A DNA stretch of 64,000 bases from a virus (IMGVR_UViG_3300026085_000093:160001-224000); one strand, 5' to 3'; positions 37,430 to 48,012 are shown, numbered from the stretch's first letter. Numbers and translations: made by a program. Notes: generated by a model not told the origin, from the sequence alone.

Positions 37430-40400
37430 ATGGCTTTAACATCACCAGGCGTACAGGTCAGCGTTATAGATGAGAGTTTTTACACTCCTGCTGAACCAGG
37501 TACAACACCACTAATTTTTGTGGCAACAAAACAAGATAAATCAAATCCTGCAGGCACAGGTATTGCCCCAGGTACAACAGCAGCAAATGCTGGCAAAGTA
37601 TATTTAATAAGTTCACAGCGTGAACTATCAGAAACATTCGGCGATCCATTGTTCTACACAGATAACAATGGTGCTTCGATTCATGGGGGCGAACAAAACG
37701 AATACGGTTTACAAGCAGCATACAGTTTCTTAGGCGTAGCAAATAGAGCCTATATTGTAAGAGCACCAGTAGACACAAATGCAATCACAGCAAGTGCAAC
37801 AGAAACAGCAGGTAAGCCTGCTAATGGTGCATGGTGGTTTGATACAAATGATTCATTCTACGGTGTGTTTGAATGGAACGGTGCAGCGGCTACTACAACA
37901 GGCGGACAAACATTTACTAACAAAGTTCCAACTGTAATTACAGATACAACAAAAGTTGTTGACTATGCAGGCGCAGACTATACACCAAAAACATCAGTAG
38001 GTGCTGTAGGTGACTATGCACTAGTAGCAGTTACAACTACTAACAAACTATGGTACAAAAATGCAGACGGTACTTGGGTAGAAGTAGGCGGTGCTGCATG
38101 GAGAAAAAGTTGGCCAGCAGTAACTGGTACAGCAGCAAATCCAACACTAACAATTGGTCAAGAACTAATTATTCGTGTTGAAGAAGCAAATAGTACTTCA
38201 ACAGAGCATACAATTACACTTACAGGTACAACTGTTACATCTTTGGTTAGCCAAATTAATGTAGATGCAGGACTTATAGCCGCAGGTGTTACTGCAAAAA
38301 ATAACAACGGAAGACTTTCACTATATAATGCTGGTGGTACAACTGGCGGCAAGGGCGACTTGATCGATGTTTTTGGTGATGCAGCATTGTTAAGTGCTCT
38401 AGGCATTACAGCTGGCGAATATTACTCACCAGAACTAACTATTGCTCCACATACAAGTGTTCCAGAGTATAAAACAAATGACACAGAACCAAGACCAACA
38501 GGTTCTATTTGGGTCAAAACAACAACACCTAATTTGGGTGCAAACTGGAATGTAAAACAGTACAGTTCAGCAACAGATGCTTGGACAACTGTAAGTGCTC
38601 CAATCTATGCAAATAACCACACAGCAATTTATCAAATGGATTCATCGGGTGGCGGCGCTGGTATTGCAGAAGGTGCTATCTATGTACAAAGTAACACAAG
38701 TGAAGAAGATTACGACAACTTAGCAAACTTTAAGATCTATCGTAAGAGTGGAAGCGGTGCAGTTACAATTACATCAGCAAAAATTACAGCATCTACATTT
38801 CCAGCAGGCACATATTCATTTACAATGTCAGAAAGTTTATCAGGACAAAACTCAATGGATAGTGCAAAAACAATTTCGTTTACAGCAGCAGGTGCAACTG
38901 CTGATGCAGATACACTAGCAGGTGATATTAACTCAGCAGGATTTACAAATGTAAGTGCAAGCGTAGATTCACAAAACAGAGTTGTTATTTCACATGCACT
39001 AGGTGGCGAAATTCGTATTGTTGATACAGACGGCATTGTTGATAACGCATATACAGTGTTTGATTCAACAGATGCTACAACTACTACAAACTTCTATTAC
39101 ACACCAGGTACTGACTCTAGCACATCACCTAAGCAATATATTGTTACATGGTGGAAAGCATTGTCATATACTGCTTCAGAAGGTGCACCTACAAGTACAC
39201 CAGCAGACGGTGCTCTATGGTACAGCAGCGTAGTAGATGAAGTAGACATGATGATTCATAATGGTACATCATGGGTTGGTTATCATAATTTTGACCACAC
39301 AGGCGGCGGCTTAGTAGGCGCAAGTAGCACAAACGATCCAGCAGGACCGATTGTTGCAGCAAGTGCTCCAACACAACAGTCAGACGGAAGTGCGCTAGTT
39401 GTTGGTGATCTTTGGATTTCAACAGCAGACTTAGAAAACTATCCACAAGTTTACAGATGGACAGCAGCAGGTGTTTGGGCATTACTAGACAACACAGATC
39501 AAACAACTGAAAACGGTGTACTATTTGCAGATGCACGTTATAACACAGCGGGTGCAAACAGTGACGAAGCAGGCACAATTGCAGATCTACTAGTAAGCAA
39601 CTACTTAGACCCAGATGCTCCAGATCCAGCACTATATCCAAAAGGTATGTTGCTATGGAATACACGTAGAAGTGGGTTCAACGTAAAAGAATTCAAGCGT
39701 GATCATATTGATATCAATGCTGAAAACGCTCGTAATGGCGACGAATCTATGGCAGGCTACTATGCTAACCGTTGGGTAACAAAATCAGCAAACAACGAAG
39801 ATGGTTCAGGATCATTTGGACGTAAAGCACAACGTAAAATTGTTGTACAAGCGTTACAAGCAGAAATGAACAGCAACCAAGATATCCGTGATGACGAATC
39901 AAGAATCTTTAACTTGATTGCAACTCCAGGCTATCCAGAACTTATTGGTGAAATGGTAACACTAAACAACGATCGTGGATTAACAGCGTTTGTTGTGGGT
40001 GATACTCCAATGAGACTAACACCTGATAGCACATCATTAACAAACTGGGCAAACAACATTGCAGGCGCAGTAGAAGATAATGATGACGGTGCAGTTACTA
40101 GTGATGAATACTTAGGCATGTATTATCCAGCAGGATTTACAAGTGATAACGCAGGAAACAACATTGTTGTTCCAGCATCACACATGGCACTAAGAACAAT
40201 TGCATTAAACGACCAAGTTGCGTTCCCCTGGTTTGCTCCAGCAGGCACAAGACGTGGTAGTGTAACTAATGCTACAGCATCAGGATATATCACAAGTGAA
40301 GGTGAGTTCCAAAGTGTTGCACTTAACGAAGGACAAAGAGATACATTATATTCTAAGAATATTAACCCTATTTCGTTTATTAACGGAGCAGGACTTGTTG

Positions 40401-40759
40401 TCTTTGGACAAAAAACTCGTGCAGCAAATGCAAGTTCACTAGATAGAGTTAATGTTGCTAGACTTGTAGTTTACTTACGTAGTCAACTTAAAACACTTGC
40501 TAAACCTTTTATCTTTGAACCAAATGATAAGATTACAAGAGATAGTATCAAAGGACAAGTTGAAAGTCTACTAATTGAACTTACATCACTAAGAGCAATT
40601 TTTGACTACCTAGTTGTGTGTGACGAAACAAACAACACTCCGACAAGAATAGATAAAAACGAACTATATGTAGACGTTGCTATCGAACCAGTTAAGAGTG
40701 TTGAGTTTATTTACATTCCACTACGCCTTAAAAACACAGGAGAAATTGCAAGTCTATAA
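37430..40759 (+). CDS. gp18: Tail sheath protein (T4 gp18-like), unusually long
   Basis: MALTSPGVQVSVIDES, FPWFAPAGTRRG, LY..NINPI, GQKT...SSLDRVNVARL, AIEPVKSVEFIYIP. Confidence 0.95.
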   Translation: MALTSPGVQVSVIDESFYTPAEPGTTPLIFVATKQDKSNPAGTGIAPGTTAANAGKVYLISSQRELSETFGDPLFYTDNNGASIHGGEQNEYGLQAAYSFLGVANRAYIVRAPVDTNAITASATETAGKPANGAWWFDTNDSFYGVFEWNGAAATTTGGQTFTNKVPTVITDTTKVVDYAGADYTPKTSVGAVGDYALVAVTTTNKLWYKNADGTWVEVGGAAWRKSWPAVTGTAANPTLTIGQELIIRVEEANSTSTEHTITLTGTTVTSLVSQINVDAGLIAAGVTAKNNNGRLSLYNAGGTTGGKGDLIDVFGDAALLSALGITAGEYYSPELTIAPHTSVPEYKTNDTEPRPTGSIWVKTTTPNLGANWNVKQYSSATDAWTTVSAPIYANNHTAIYQMDSSGGGAGIAEGAIYVQSNTSEEDYDNLANFKIYRKSGSGAVTITSAKITASTFPAGTYSFTMSESLSGQNSMDSAKTISFTAAGATADADTLAGDINSAGFTNVSASVDSQNRVVISHALGGEIRIVDTDGIVDNAYTVFDSTDATTTTNFYYTPGTDSSTSPKQYIVTWWKALSYTASEGAPTSTPADGALWYSSVVDEVDMMIHNGTSWVGYHNFDHTGGGLVGASSTNDPAGPIVAASAPTQQSDGSALVVGDLWISTADLENYPQVYRWTAAGVWALLDNTDQTTENGVLFADARYNTAGANSDEAGTIADLLVSNYLDPDAPDPALYPKGMLLWNTRRSGFNVKEFKRDHIDINAENARNGDESMAGYYANRWVTKSANNEDGSGSFGRKAQRKIVVQALQAEMNSNQDIRDDESRIFNLIATPGYPELIGEMVTLNNDRGLTAFVVGDTPMRLTPDSTSLTNWANNIAGAVEDNDDGAVTSDEYLGMYYPAGFTSDNAGNNIVVPASHMALRTIALNDQVAFPWFAPAGTRRGSVTNATASGYITSEGEFQSVALNEGQRDTLYSKNINPISFINGAGLVVFGQKTRAANASSLDRVNVARLVVYLRSQLKTLAKPFIFEPNDKITRDSIKGQVESLLIELTSLRAIFDYLVVCDETNNTPTRIDKNELYVDVAIEPVKSVEFIYIPLRLKNTGEIASL

Positions 40760-40768
40760 TCAGTTAAA

Positions 40769-40796
40769 TTTAGGGTCAGCGAAAGTTGACCCTAAA
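40769..40796 (+). terminator. 12-bp GAAA-tetraloop hairpin between sheath and tube genes (terminator or processing/stability element)
   Basis: TTTAGGGTCAGC-GAAA-GTTGACCCTAAA; no T tract on + strand; late motif TAAATA at 40801-40806. Confidence 0.6.
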
Positions 40797-40829
40797 CTGA
40801 TAAATACTTGTGAATAGGAGAAATATTAA

Positions 40830-41447
40830 ATGGCAATCTCATCATTAACAAAATTAAGTGTTCCATTAGCAAGCGATCAGAGTGCAACATCTGAAGGCTT
40901 ATTAATGCCTAAATTACAATATCGTTTTAGAGTAAACTTTATTAACTTTGGCGTCACTGCATCAACCACAGAATTAACAAAACAAGTAATTGATGCTGCA
41001 AGACCAAACTTGACGTTTGAAAACATGCCAATTCCAGTTTACAATTCAACTGTACATTTAGCAGGTAAACATACATGGAACCCAATTACAATTACGCTTC
41101 GTGAAGATGTAAACAACAGTGTTCAAAAACTAGTTGGCGAACAGCTTCAGAAACAATTTGACTTTATTAACCAAGCAAGTGCTGCATCTGGTATTGATTA
41201 TAAGTTCCAAACTAACATTGAAATTTTAGATGGTGGTAACGGAGCAGCAGAAGCAGGTGTACTAGAAACTTGGGAAATTTATGGTTGCTACTTAACAGAA
41301 GTTAACTACAATTCTTTAGCATATGCAAACAGTGAACCAGTACAAACATCAATTACAATACAGTATGATAATGCTGTACAAACACCAAATGGTGAAGGAG
41401 TAGGAGCAGCAGTTCCTAGAACTATTGGAACAAGTACAACTGGTTAA
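40830..41447 (+). CDS. gp19: Tail tube protein (T4 gp19-like)
   Basis: LMPKLQYRFRV, LAGKHTWNPITITLRED, ILDGGNG, WEIYGCY, ITIQYDNA; follows sheath. Confidence 0.9.
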   Translation: MAISSLTKLSVPLASDQSATSEGLLMPKLQYRFRVNFINFGVTASTTELTKQVIDAARPNLTFENMPIPVYNSTVHLAGKHTWNPITITLREDVNNSVQKLVGEQLQKQFDFINQASAASGIDYKFQTNIEILDGGNGAAEAGVLETWEIYGCYLTEVNYNSLAYANSEPVQTSITIQYDNAVQTPNGEGVGAAVPRTIGTSTTG

Positions 41448-41470
41448 TAGCAAATAAGAGATTGCTTTAG

Positions 41471-41496
41471 AAAAGGGAACTTCGGTTCCCTTTTTT
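41471..41496 (+). terminator. Rho-independent terminator with UUCG tetraloop
   Basis: AAAAGGGAAC-TTCG-GTTCCCTTTTTT. Confidence 0.9.
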
Positions 41497-41532
41497 ATTA
41501 TCTACACACTTTACATAAACGATAAATACAGT

Positions 41533-42744
41533 ATGGCATTTAACGGATTTTTTGATAATATAAAAAACTATAATGGTCCTAAAGGTAATTTAGGAGATTA
41601 TGATCATGCATCTAGAGTATTCCGCTCTAACAATATGCGTCTTGCTCCTAAGCACAAGTTTCTGTATCATGTTGTGTTAAACATAAATCCAGATGTTAAA
41701 CCAGATACACTTATAGATAATTTTACACAAGAAGATATTCATATTTTGGCAAAAAGTGCTGACTTACCAAAATACAGACCGCAAGTAGAAGTTTTAAATC
41801 AATATAATAGAAAAAAACTTTTACAAACAAGAATAGATTATCAGCCAGTTAGAATTGAATTCCATGACGATAATGCAGGGTTGACAACATTGTTATGGGA
41901 AGCATATTTTAGATATTATTATGCAGACGGTGATCATCAAAAACAAAGTGCGTCAGCAGCCCCAGATATTGCACCAGACGAAAGATATAGAAGAAGTGCA
42001 TTTGGATCTAACAATACATATTTTACAAACTTTACCCATAGATATGGTTTAGATAAACCAAATAAAACCTATCAGTTTTTTGATTCTATTCAAATTTTTC
42101 AATTGCATCCTTTGAATAAAAAATCACATTATACATGCTTTACTTTAGTTAATCCTTTAATAGAAGACTTTTCTCATGATAATGTACAATCTGAAGGTAG
42201 CGAATTTTCGACTAATACAATGACAGTTGCATACGAAACAGTTCATTACGAAAGAGGAGAACTATTAGAAGGCGTAGCACCTACATCTTTTGCAGACCCA
42301 AGACACTATGATACTAGACCAAGTCCTATACAAGAAGGAGGCAGTAGTTTCGGAACCAGTAAAGTTACAACTACACCATTTGGCAGTGTTTCACCACAAA
42401 AAGGAAGAACTAATTCTATAGAAGCGTTTGCAAAAAGTTTCCTAAAAACATCTGCTTCTAAATTTTTAGGAGATAAGATAAATTTAGATAGATTAGGTTT
42501 ACAACCTAATGCAAATGCAGGACTTACATCTAGAGGAATAAATCAGTCAGGACAAGGCGGTATTAATTGGGCAAACACAAAATCATCAGGATCAGAACAA
42601 CGATCTGCAAAACAAAGAACTGATTTGACAGATAATTTACCTGCTAACTCAAGACCTTTTAAGGGCAGTTACAATAATAGAAATGAAAAATTAGTTAATG
42701 TAAACGGAAAAACTTATGTTGTACCTAGAGAGGAATCTGCATAA
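41533..42744 (+). CDS. Tail-tube-fold baseplate/tube initiator protein (gp19/gp54-like)
   Basis: KSADLPKY....LNQYNRKK..QTRIDYQPVRIEFHDDN and NTMTVAYETVHY resemble tube-fold motifs. Confidence 0.65.
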   Translation: MAFNGFFDNIKNYNGPKGNLGDYDHASRVFRSNNMRLAPKHKFLYHVVLNINPDVKPDTLIDNFTQEDIHILAKSADLPKYRPQVEVLNQYNRKKLLQTRIDYQPVRIEFHDDNAGLTTLLWEAYFRYYYADGDHQKQSASAAPDIAPDERYRRSAFGSNNTYFTNFTHRYGLDKPNKTYQFFDSIQIFQLHPLNKKSHYTCFTLVNPLIEDFSHDNVQSEGSEFSTNTMTVAYETVHYERGELLEGVAPTSFADPRHYDTRPSPIQEGGSSFGTSKVTTTPFGSVSPQKGRTNSIEAFAKSFLKTSASKFLGDKINLDRLGLQPNANAGLTSRGINQSGQGGINWANTKSSGSEQRSAKQRTDLTDNLPANSRPFKGSYNNRNEKLVNVNGKTYVVPREESA

Positions 42745-43199
42745 TGTCTACATACGAAAACATAACAGTAGTCAATGATAGTAATTTAGACACACGAAGA
42801 ACTTTTAATTCATTCTTTGATAAATCACTTCATTACAACTCATCAGATATTGATGCAGTAATTGGGTTTTTTGTAAAAAGAGGATTTGAAGAACTTTCTT
42901 CTATAAGCATAGCATCAGTTATACTTTCACAAGCAAAAGCGGACGGAATACCTGTTTTTGATTTATTAGATACCTTAAAGGGTTATGATAAGGTACAATT
43001 AACAAATTTAGTAGCAGTTATATTAAATAACAGTAGAAGTTCTATAACAAAATTAGGATTTAAGGCAGATATAGATGTAGCAAATAATTTTGAAGCACGG
43101 AACGTTGATAGCTTTAATTTTCCATTGTTACCAGAACCCACAGAAGAAACAAGTGGATACATAACTCCGGGATATGTTGCCCCTGGATATGTAGCGTAG
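42744..43199 (+). CDS. Hypothetical virion protein
   Basis: 151-aa ORF coupled by TAATG; ends GYITPGYVAPGYVA. Confidence 0.7.
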   Translation: MSTYENITVVNDSNLDTRRTFNSFFDKSLHYNSSDIDAVIGFFVKRGFEELSSISIASVILSQAKADGIPVFDLLDTLKGYDKVQLTNLVAVILNNSRSSITKLGFKADIDVANNFEARNVDSFNFPLLPEPTEETSGYITPGYVAPGYVA

Positions 43200-43209
43200 G
43201 AGAAATAAA

Positions 43210-44931
43210 ATGGCAATTACGTTAAGAACAGTCAAAGGATCGACACTTACATTTGACGAATTAGACGGTAACTTTACCGATCTTAATACTCGTGTTATTG
43301 CATTAGAAGGCGGCACACTTGCAAGTCTATCTGATGTTGCAAGTGTAGCACCAAATGTAGGCGAAGTGTTAAAATGGAACGGTGACGAATGGGCACCAGC
43401 AGCCGGCGGCGGCACGGATGCAGACACCCTAAATGGACAAGACGGTTCGTACTATCTAGATTGGGCAAACGTAACAGGTGCTCCGACAATTCCAACAGAT
43501 ATCAATCAGTTAAGCGATGTATCAAGTTTATTGTTTAGCGGTGTATATAACGACTTGACGGGTACTCCTACTATTCCTACAGATATTGCTCAACTTAATG
43601 ATGCAAGTGATTTGTTATTTGACGGATTATATAGTAGTCTTACTGGCAAGCCTACAATTCCAACAGATATAAACCAATTGACTGATGCAAGCAATCTTTT
43701 ATTCGACGGTTCCTATTCTAGTTTAACAGGAAAACCTACTGTTCCTACAAGTATACAAGATTTAAGTGATGTTGCAGGTGATGCAAGTACAACCGCACTT
43801 ACAGGACAAGTTTTGAAATGGAATGGGTTTGAATGGGCAGCAGCAGACGATGTAACATCAGGAGGAGGCGGCTTAGATGCTAGTACTCTTAACGGACAAC
43901 CAGGTAGTTATTACATAGATTATACAAATTTTGTAAATGTTCCTAACATTCCTGCAGATGTTAATGATTTAACTGACAACAGTAGTTTACTTTTCAGTGG
44001 ATCATTTAATGATTTAGTAGATGTTCCTCCAATTCCTGACATTGCAAATTTTGAATTTTCTGCAAACACAATTGATACAGACGACTCTAGTCAAATTATT
44101 ATTGTTCCTAGTGTTAACTTCCAAAGCGGAATATATGTAGATGATGTTGTAAACTGTGCAGATTTAGAAATTCAAGGTACTGGACCATTCTATCTTAGAG
44201 CAGGTAATGATCTTATTCTAGCGGCTACAAATAGAACACAAGTAACTTCTCCGTTGAATTTAAATAATGTTACTACTACAGAAAGAAATGCATTACTAGC
44301 AACAGATGGTGATGTAATTTATAATACTACTACATCAAGTATAGAAGTTTATGATGGATTAGCATGGGTAGCATTAGGTGCGTCAGGTGGCGGCTTAACA
44401 GATATTGTACAAGATACAACTCCACAATTAGGTGGTACGTTAGATGCTAACCTTAACGACATTGACATGGGCACAAACATAATTACTGATGCAAAAGTAG
44501 GACAATGGGACACTGCATTTGGATGGGGAGATCACAGCACAGCAGGATATGTTAGTGCAGCATCTCCAACTGTTACAAACGATATTACTATGGACGGTGC
44601 TGTTACAAGACATATTTTTGATGTTGTAGATGACGGACTAAACACAGCATTTACAATAAGTGACAGTGGAAATAATTGGTTTCCGGTAGCAGAAGATAAT
44701 CCTGTACTATATCTAAGACGTGGTGAAAGATATGATTTTTCAGTAAATGCAACAGGACATCCATTTGATATTAGAGTAAGCAACGGCGGTGCGCAATATA
44801 ACACAGGTGTGACAGGAAATGGCACTGCTGTAGGAACTGTTAGTTTTACAGTTCCAATGAGTGCTCCTAGCACACTTTACTACCAATGTCAAAACCATTC
44901 TGTAATGGGTAACACAATAAACATTATTTAA
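43210..44931 (+). CDS. Fibre-like virion protein with C-terminal cupredoxin-like domain
   Basis: LLFxGxYxxLTGKPTIP repeats, duplicated VLKWNG.EW...TLNGQ.GSYY module; C-terminal GHPF...YYQCQNHSVM. Confidence 0.75.
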   Translation: MAITLRTVKGSTLTFDELDGNFTDLNTRVIALEGGTLASLSDVASVAPNVGEVLKWNGDEWAPAAGGGTDADTLNGQDGSYYLDWANVTGAPTIPTDINQLSDVSSLLFSGVYNDLTGTPTIPTDIAQLNDASDLLFDGLYSSLTGKPTIPTDINQLTDASNLLFDGSYSSLTGKPTVPTSIQDLSDVAGDASTTALTGQVLKWNGFEWAAADDVTSGGGGLDASTLNGQPGSYYIDYTNFVNVPNIPADVNDLTDNSSLLFSGSFNDLVDVPPIPDIANFEFSANTIDTDDSSQIIIVPSVNFQSGIYVDDVVNCADLEIQGTGPFYLRAGNDLILAATNRTQVTSPLNLNNVTTTERNALLATDGDVIYNTTTSSIEVYDGLAWVALGASGGGLTDIVQDTTPQLGGTLDANLNDIDMGTNIITDAKVGQWDTAFGWGDHSTAGYVSAASPTVTNDITMDGAVTRHIFDVVDDGLNTAFTISDSGNNWFPVAEDNPVLYLRRGERYDFSVNATGHPFDIRVSNGGAQYNTGVTGNGTAVGTVSFTVPMSAPSTLYYQCQNHSVMGNTINII

Positions 44932-44940
44932 GGACATACC

Positions 44941-46500
44941 ATGAGTGAAAAAGAATATATTGTAACATTAAACAAAGGTGTAGATCCTGCTAGTTTTGCA
45001 GCAGAAATGACACAAAGTACAGGCTCATCTACTGTTCCTAATAGAAGTGTTGATGTTGCAAATGCAAGATTAGCAAGTCAACGTAACACTCACTATGTTT
45101 TGTCTGAAGCAGAAGCAGAAGCACTTAAAAATGATTCTAGAGTAATGGATGTAGCAGTGCCACCTGATCAAGATGATACATTACAAATTGGACATTTTGC
45201 AACACAAGATGCTAACTGGCAAAAGACAAGTAGCGACACAGGTGATTACACAAACTGGGGGTTGTATCGTTGTCATTTTGCAAATAATCCTTATCCTAAC
45301 ACATTGGACGCAACACCTAATTCTACCGAACCGTTTAGATATAGTTTAGATGGATCAGGTGTAGATGTTGTTATTCAAGACAGTGGATTGCAAATGGATC
45401 ATCCTGAATTTACGGATGAATTTGGCGGGTATAGAACACAAGCAATTGATTGGTATGATGGATTTAGCGGCGGCGGCACTCAAAGTGTAAATCATTATAG
45501 AGATTACAATGGGCATGGCACACACTGTGGAGGTATTGCAGCAGGTAAAACATACGGCTGGGCAAAAGCAGCAGAAATTTATAGTGTAAAAGTTAGCGGC
45601 TTGGAAGGTTCTGGCGACAGTGGCACTGGTATTAGTGTCACTGATTGCTTTGATGTTATTAAAGAATGGCACACAAATAAACCTGTAAGTCCTAGTACTG
45701 GCAAGAAAAGACCAACTGTTGTAAACATGAGTTGGGGATATGGTAGAAGTTACACAAGCGTAAGTGAAATAAACTATAGAGGTGTTTCAGAAACAGGCGC
45801 AGCCATCGCAACTACATCACAATGGTACGATTTTGGTTTAGTGCCTAATCTAATAGGATTGTCAACTTATCGAACAAACGTGCGGATTGCTAGTGTAGAC
45901 GCAGATGTAGAAGAACTAATAGATGCAGGAGTTCATGTTTGTATTGCAGCAGGAAATAGAGCACATAAGGTAGATATAAGTGGTGGTTTAGATTATGATA
46001 ATTTTGCTGTGCTTAGTAGCGGTACAACATACTATCATAGAGGAAGTTCACCATATAGCACACGAGCATTAATGACAGGTAATGTAGAAGCAGACATGCA
46101 TAACGATACATTAGAAAAATTAAGATCCTCTTCTGAAAAAGGTCCAGGTGTTGATATCTATGCACCAGGTTCAGATATTATGAGTGCTTGTAGTACAACA
46201 AATGAATTTACAACAGGCGCTTATCATTTGAACAGTGCTTATAGACAAATGAATATTAGCGGAACTAGTATGGCCGCACCACAAGTTTGTGGTGTAATTG
46301 CTACTATACTGCAAGCAAATCCAGGAGCAACACCTGAACAAATAAGAAATTATATTCATAATAACGCACAGACTGGAAAACTTTATACTGATGGTACTAC
46401 AGACAATTACACAGACACATCTGGTATATTAAATGGTCCTAATAGATTTTTATATACACCATTCAACCTATCTATAGTAGGACAAATAGGTAGAACATAA
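44941..46500 (+). CDS. Subtilisin-like (S8) serine protease
   Basis: Catalytic triad motifs VDVVIQDSG, NGHGTHCGG, ISGTSMAAPQV; oxyanion AAGN. Confidence 0.93.
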   Translation: MSEKEYIVTLNKGVDPASFAAEMTQSTGSSTVPNRSVDVANARLASQRNTHYVLSEAEAEALKNDSRVMDVAVPPDQDDTLQIGHFATQDANWQKTSSDTGDYTNWGLYRCHFANNPYPNTLDATPNSTEPFRYSLDGSGVDVVIQDSGLQMDHPEFTDEFGGYRTQAIDWYDGFSGGGTQSVNHYRDYNGHGTHCGGIAAGKTYGWAKAAEIYSVKVSGLEGSGDSGTGISVTDCFDVIKEWHTNKPVSPSTGKKRPTVVNMSWGYGRSYTSVSEINYRGVSETGAAIATTSQWYDFGLVPNLIGLSTYRTNVRIASVDADVEELIDAGVHVCIAAGNRAHKVDISGGLDYDNFAVLSSGTTYYHRGSSPYSTRALMTGNVEADMHNDTLEKLRSSSEKGPGVDIYAPGSDIMSACSTTNEFTTGAYHLNSAYRQMNISGTSMAAPQVCGVIATILQANPGATPEQIRNYIHNNAQTGKLYTDGTTDNYTDTSGILNGPNRFLYTPFNLSIVGQIGRT

Positions 46501-46937
46501 TGACCAAATATGCTCAGGGTAAATTCAGGCCAAAAAACCCTGACAAGTATATAGGCGGATCAATGCCAACTTATAGAAGTAGTTGGGAATTTCACTTTAT
46601 GAAGTTTTGCGATGAGAATCCAAGTATATACAAGTGGGCTAGTGAAGCAATAAAGATTCCGTATAGAAATCCTTTCACTGGCAAACAAACAATTTATGTT
46701 CCTGACTTTTTTATACACTATGTAGATCAAAACGGTAAACAAAAAACAGAATTAATAGAAATTAAGCCTGAAATGCATACATTAAAAGAAAAAACAGGAC
46801 GTAATAGAAGAAATCAATTGCATTGGGCATTGAATCAAGTAAAATGGGAAGCGGCTAGAAACTATTGTAAATCTAAAGGAATTGCTTTTAGAATCATAAC
46901 TGAAAAAGATATGTTCCACACAGGGAATAGGCGCTAA
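46500..46937 (+). CDS. gp4: Head completion nuclease (T4 gp4-like)
   Basis: QGKFRPKNPDKY, YRSSWE..FM.FCD.NP....W.SE...IPY, YVPDF, ELIEIKP. Confidence 0.9.
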   Translation: MTKYAQGKFRPKNPDKYIGGSMPTYRSSWEFHFMKFCDENPSIYKWASEAIKIPYRNPFTGKQTIYVPDFFIHYVDQNGKQKTELIEIKPEMHTLKEKTGRNRRNQLHWALNQVKWEAARNYCKSKGIAFRIITEKDMFHTGNRR

Positions 46938-46944
46938 ATATTAT

Positions 46945-47442
46945 ATGAATAAAAAACTAGAAGATCTTTTAAACTTGCCAGATTCAAAAGAAATAATCAA
47001 AGAGCAAGAACGTCGACAAAGAAAAGAAGACAAACAGGCACTTGTACAACAAGAGCAAACTTTTCGTGACATAGAAGAATTTGATAAAATAGCAAGTGCA
47101 TTACCCGCTGTTAAAGGCCTAGGGGAAATGGCAGATAAAGAATTAAACGAAGTAGCAGATAGAGCTATGCAAGCATACGAAGATCTAATGGATTTGGGTA
47201 TGAATGTTGAGTCACGTTATTCTGGTAGAGTATTTGAAGTTGCAGGTGCAATGCTTAAAACCAACCTAGATGCAAAAACTGCTAAAATTGATAAAAAATT
47301 AAAAATGATAGAATTGCAACTTAAGAAGCAAAAACTAGATAGCGATACTGTCGACCATGGATTTACAGAAGGTGACGGCTATGTTGTGACTGATAGAAAT
47401 AGCCTACTAGAAAAGTTAAAAGGCATGGATAAGGATAAATAA
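46945..47442 (+). CDS. Probable terminase small subunit
   Basis: Helical protein with RVFEVAG.ML...LDAK..K...LQ pattern and C-terminal VTDRNSLLEKL; near large terminase. Confidence 0.55.
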   Translation: MNKKLEDLLNLPDSKEIIKEQERRQRKEDKQALVQQEQTFRDIEEFDKIASALPAVKGLGEMADKELNEVADRAMQAYEDLMDLGMNVESRYSGRVFEVAGAMLKTNLDAKTAKIDKKLKMIELQLKKQKLDSDTVDHGFTEGDGYVVTDRNSLLEKLKGMDKDK

Positions 47443-47465
47443 TACTAGTAACAGGATCCATTACT

Positions 47466-48011
47466 ATGAAACAATTTAAAGAATATTTAACAGAAGCCAA
47501 GAAAACCTATCCTTTTAAAATAGGAGTAGCAGGTGATTTGGCTGATGATTTTGAATCTAAAATGAAAGCGTGTTTAGGAAAATTTGAAGTAGCAAATTGC
47601 AGCGCAGGCAAAAAAACACCTATTCAAGAACGTCCATTAGATTTTCCACAACTAGAAAACATGGAAGTAACTTATTGGGAGTGTGAATTAGGCTATCCAA
47701 CTACCACTTTAGTTTTACAAGAATACATTGAAAAATGCTGTTCATGCCAGCCAGGATACGTAATTGTACGCAGTCCAGGAGAAGCACAAGAACAATACCA
47801 AGAACAAGTAGAAGAAAAAACATATGAGCCTATGCTAACTAAAGAAGAATTAGAAGGCGAATCTGCACAAGATCAAGTAGGCGAAAAAAGAATAATGGAT
47901 CTTTTAAAAGAATTAGAAACGGCTCGTAAAGAAAAAGACGAAGGCAATGCTCACAAAGCAGAACCAGTTAAAGAAGAGCCACAAAACACAGAAAGTGTAA
48001 TAGGAGGTTAG
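47466..48011 (+). CDS. Putative internal head protein
   Basis: N-terminus [10 protein letters not shown] resembles the T4 internal-protein capsid targeting sequence (MKTYQEFIAE). Confidence 0.55.
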   Translation: MKQFKEYLTEAKKTYPFKIGVAGDLADDFESKMKACLGKFEVANCSAGKKTPIQERPLDFPQLENMEVTYWECELGYPTTTLVLQEYIEKCCSCQPGYVIVRSPGEAQEQYQEQVEEKTYEPMLTKEELEGESAQDQVGEKRIMDLLKELETARKEKDEGNAHKAEPVKEEPQNTESVIGG

Positions 48012-48012
48012 T

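Noticed and set aside
46500-46937. TnsA-like endonuclease as a sign of a transposon
   Set aside because: Matches the T4 gp4 head-completion nuclease family in a head-gene context; no transposase partners or terminal repeats.
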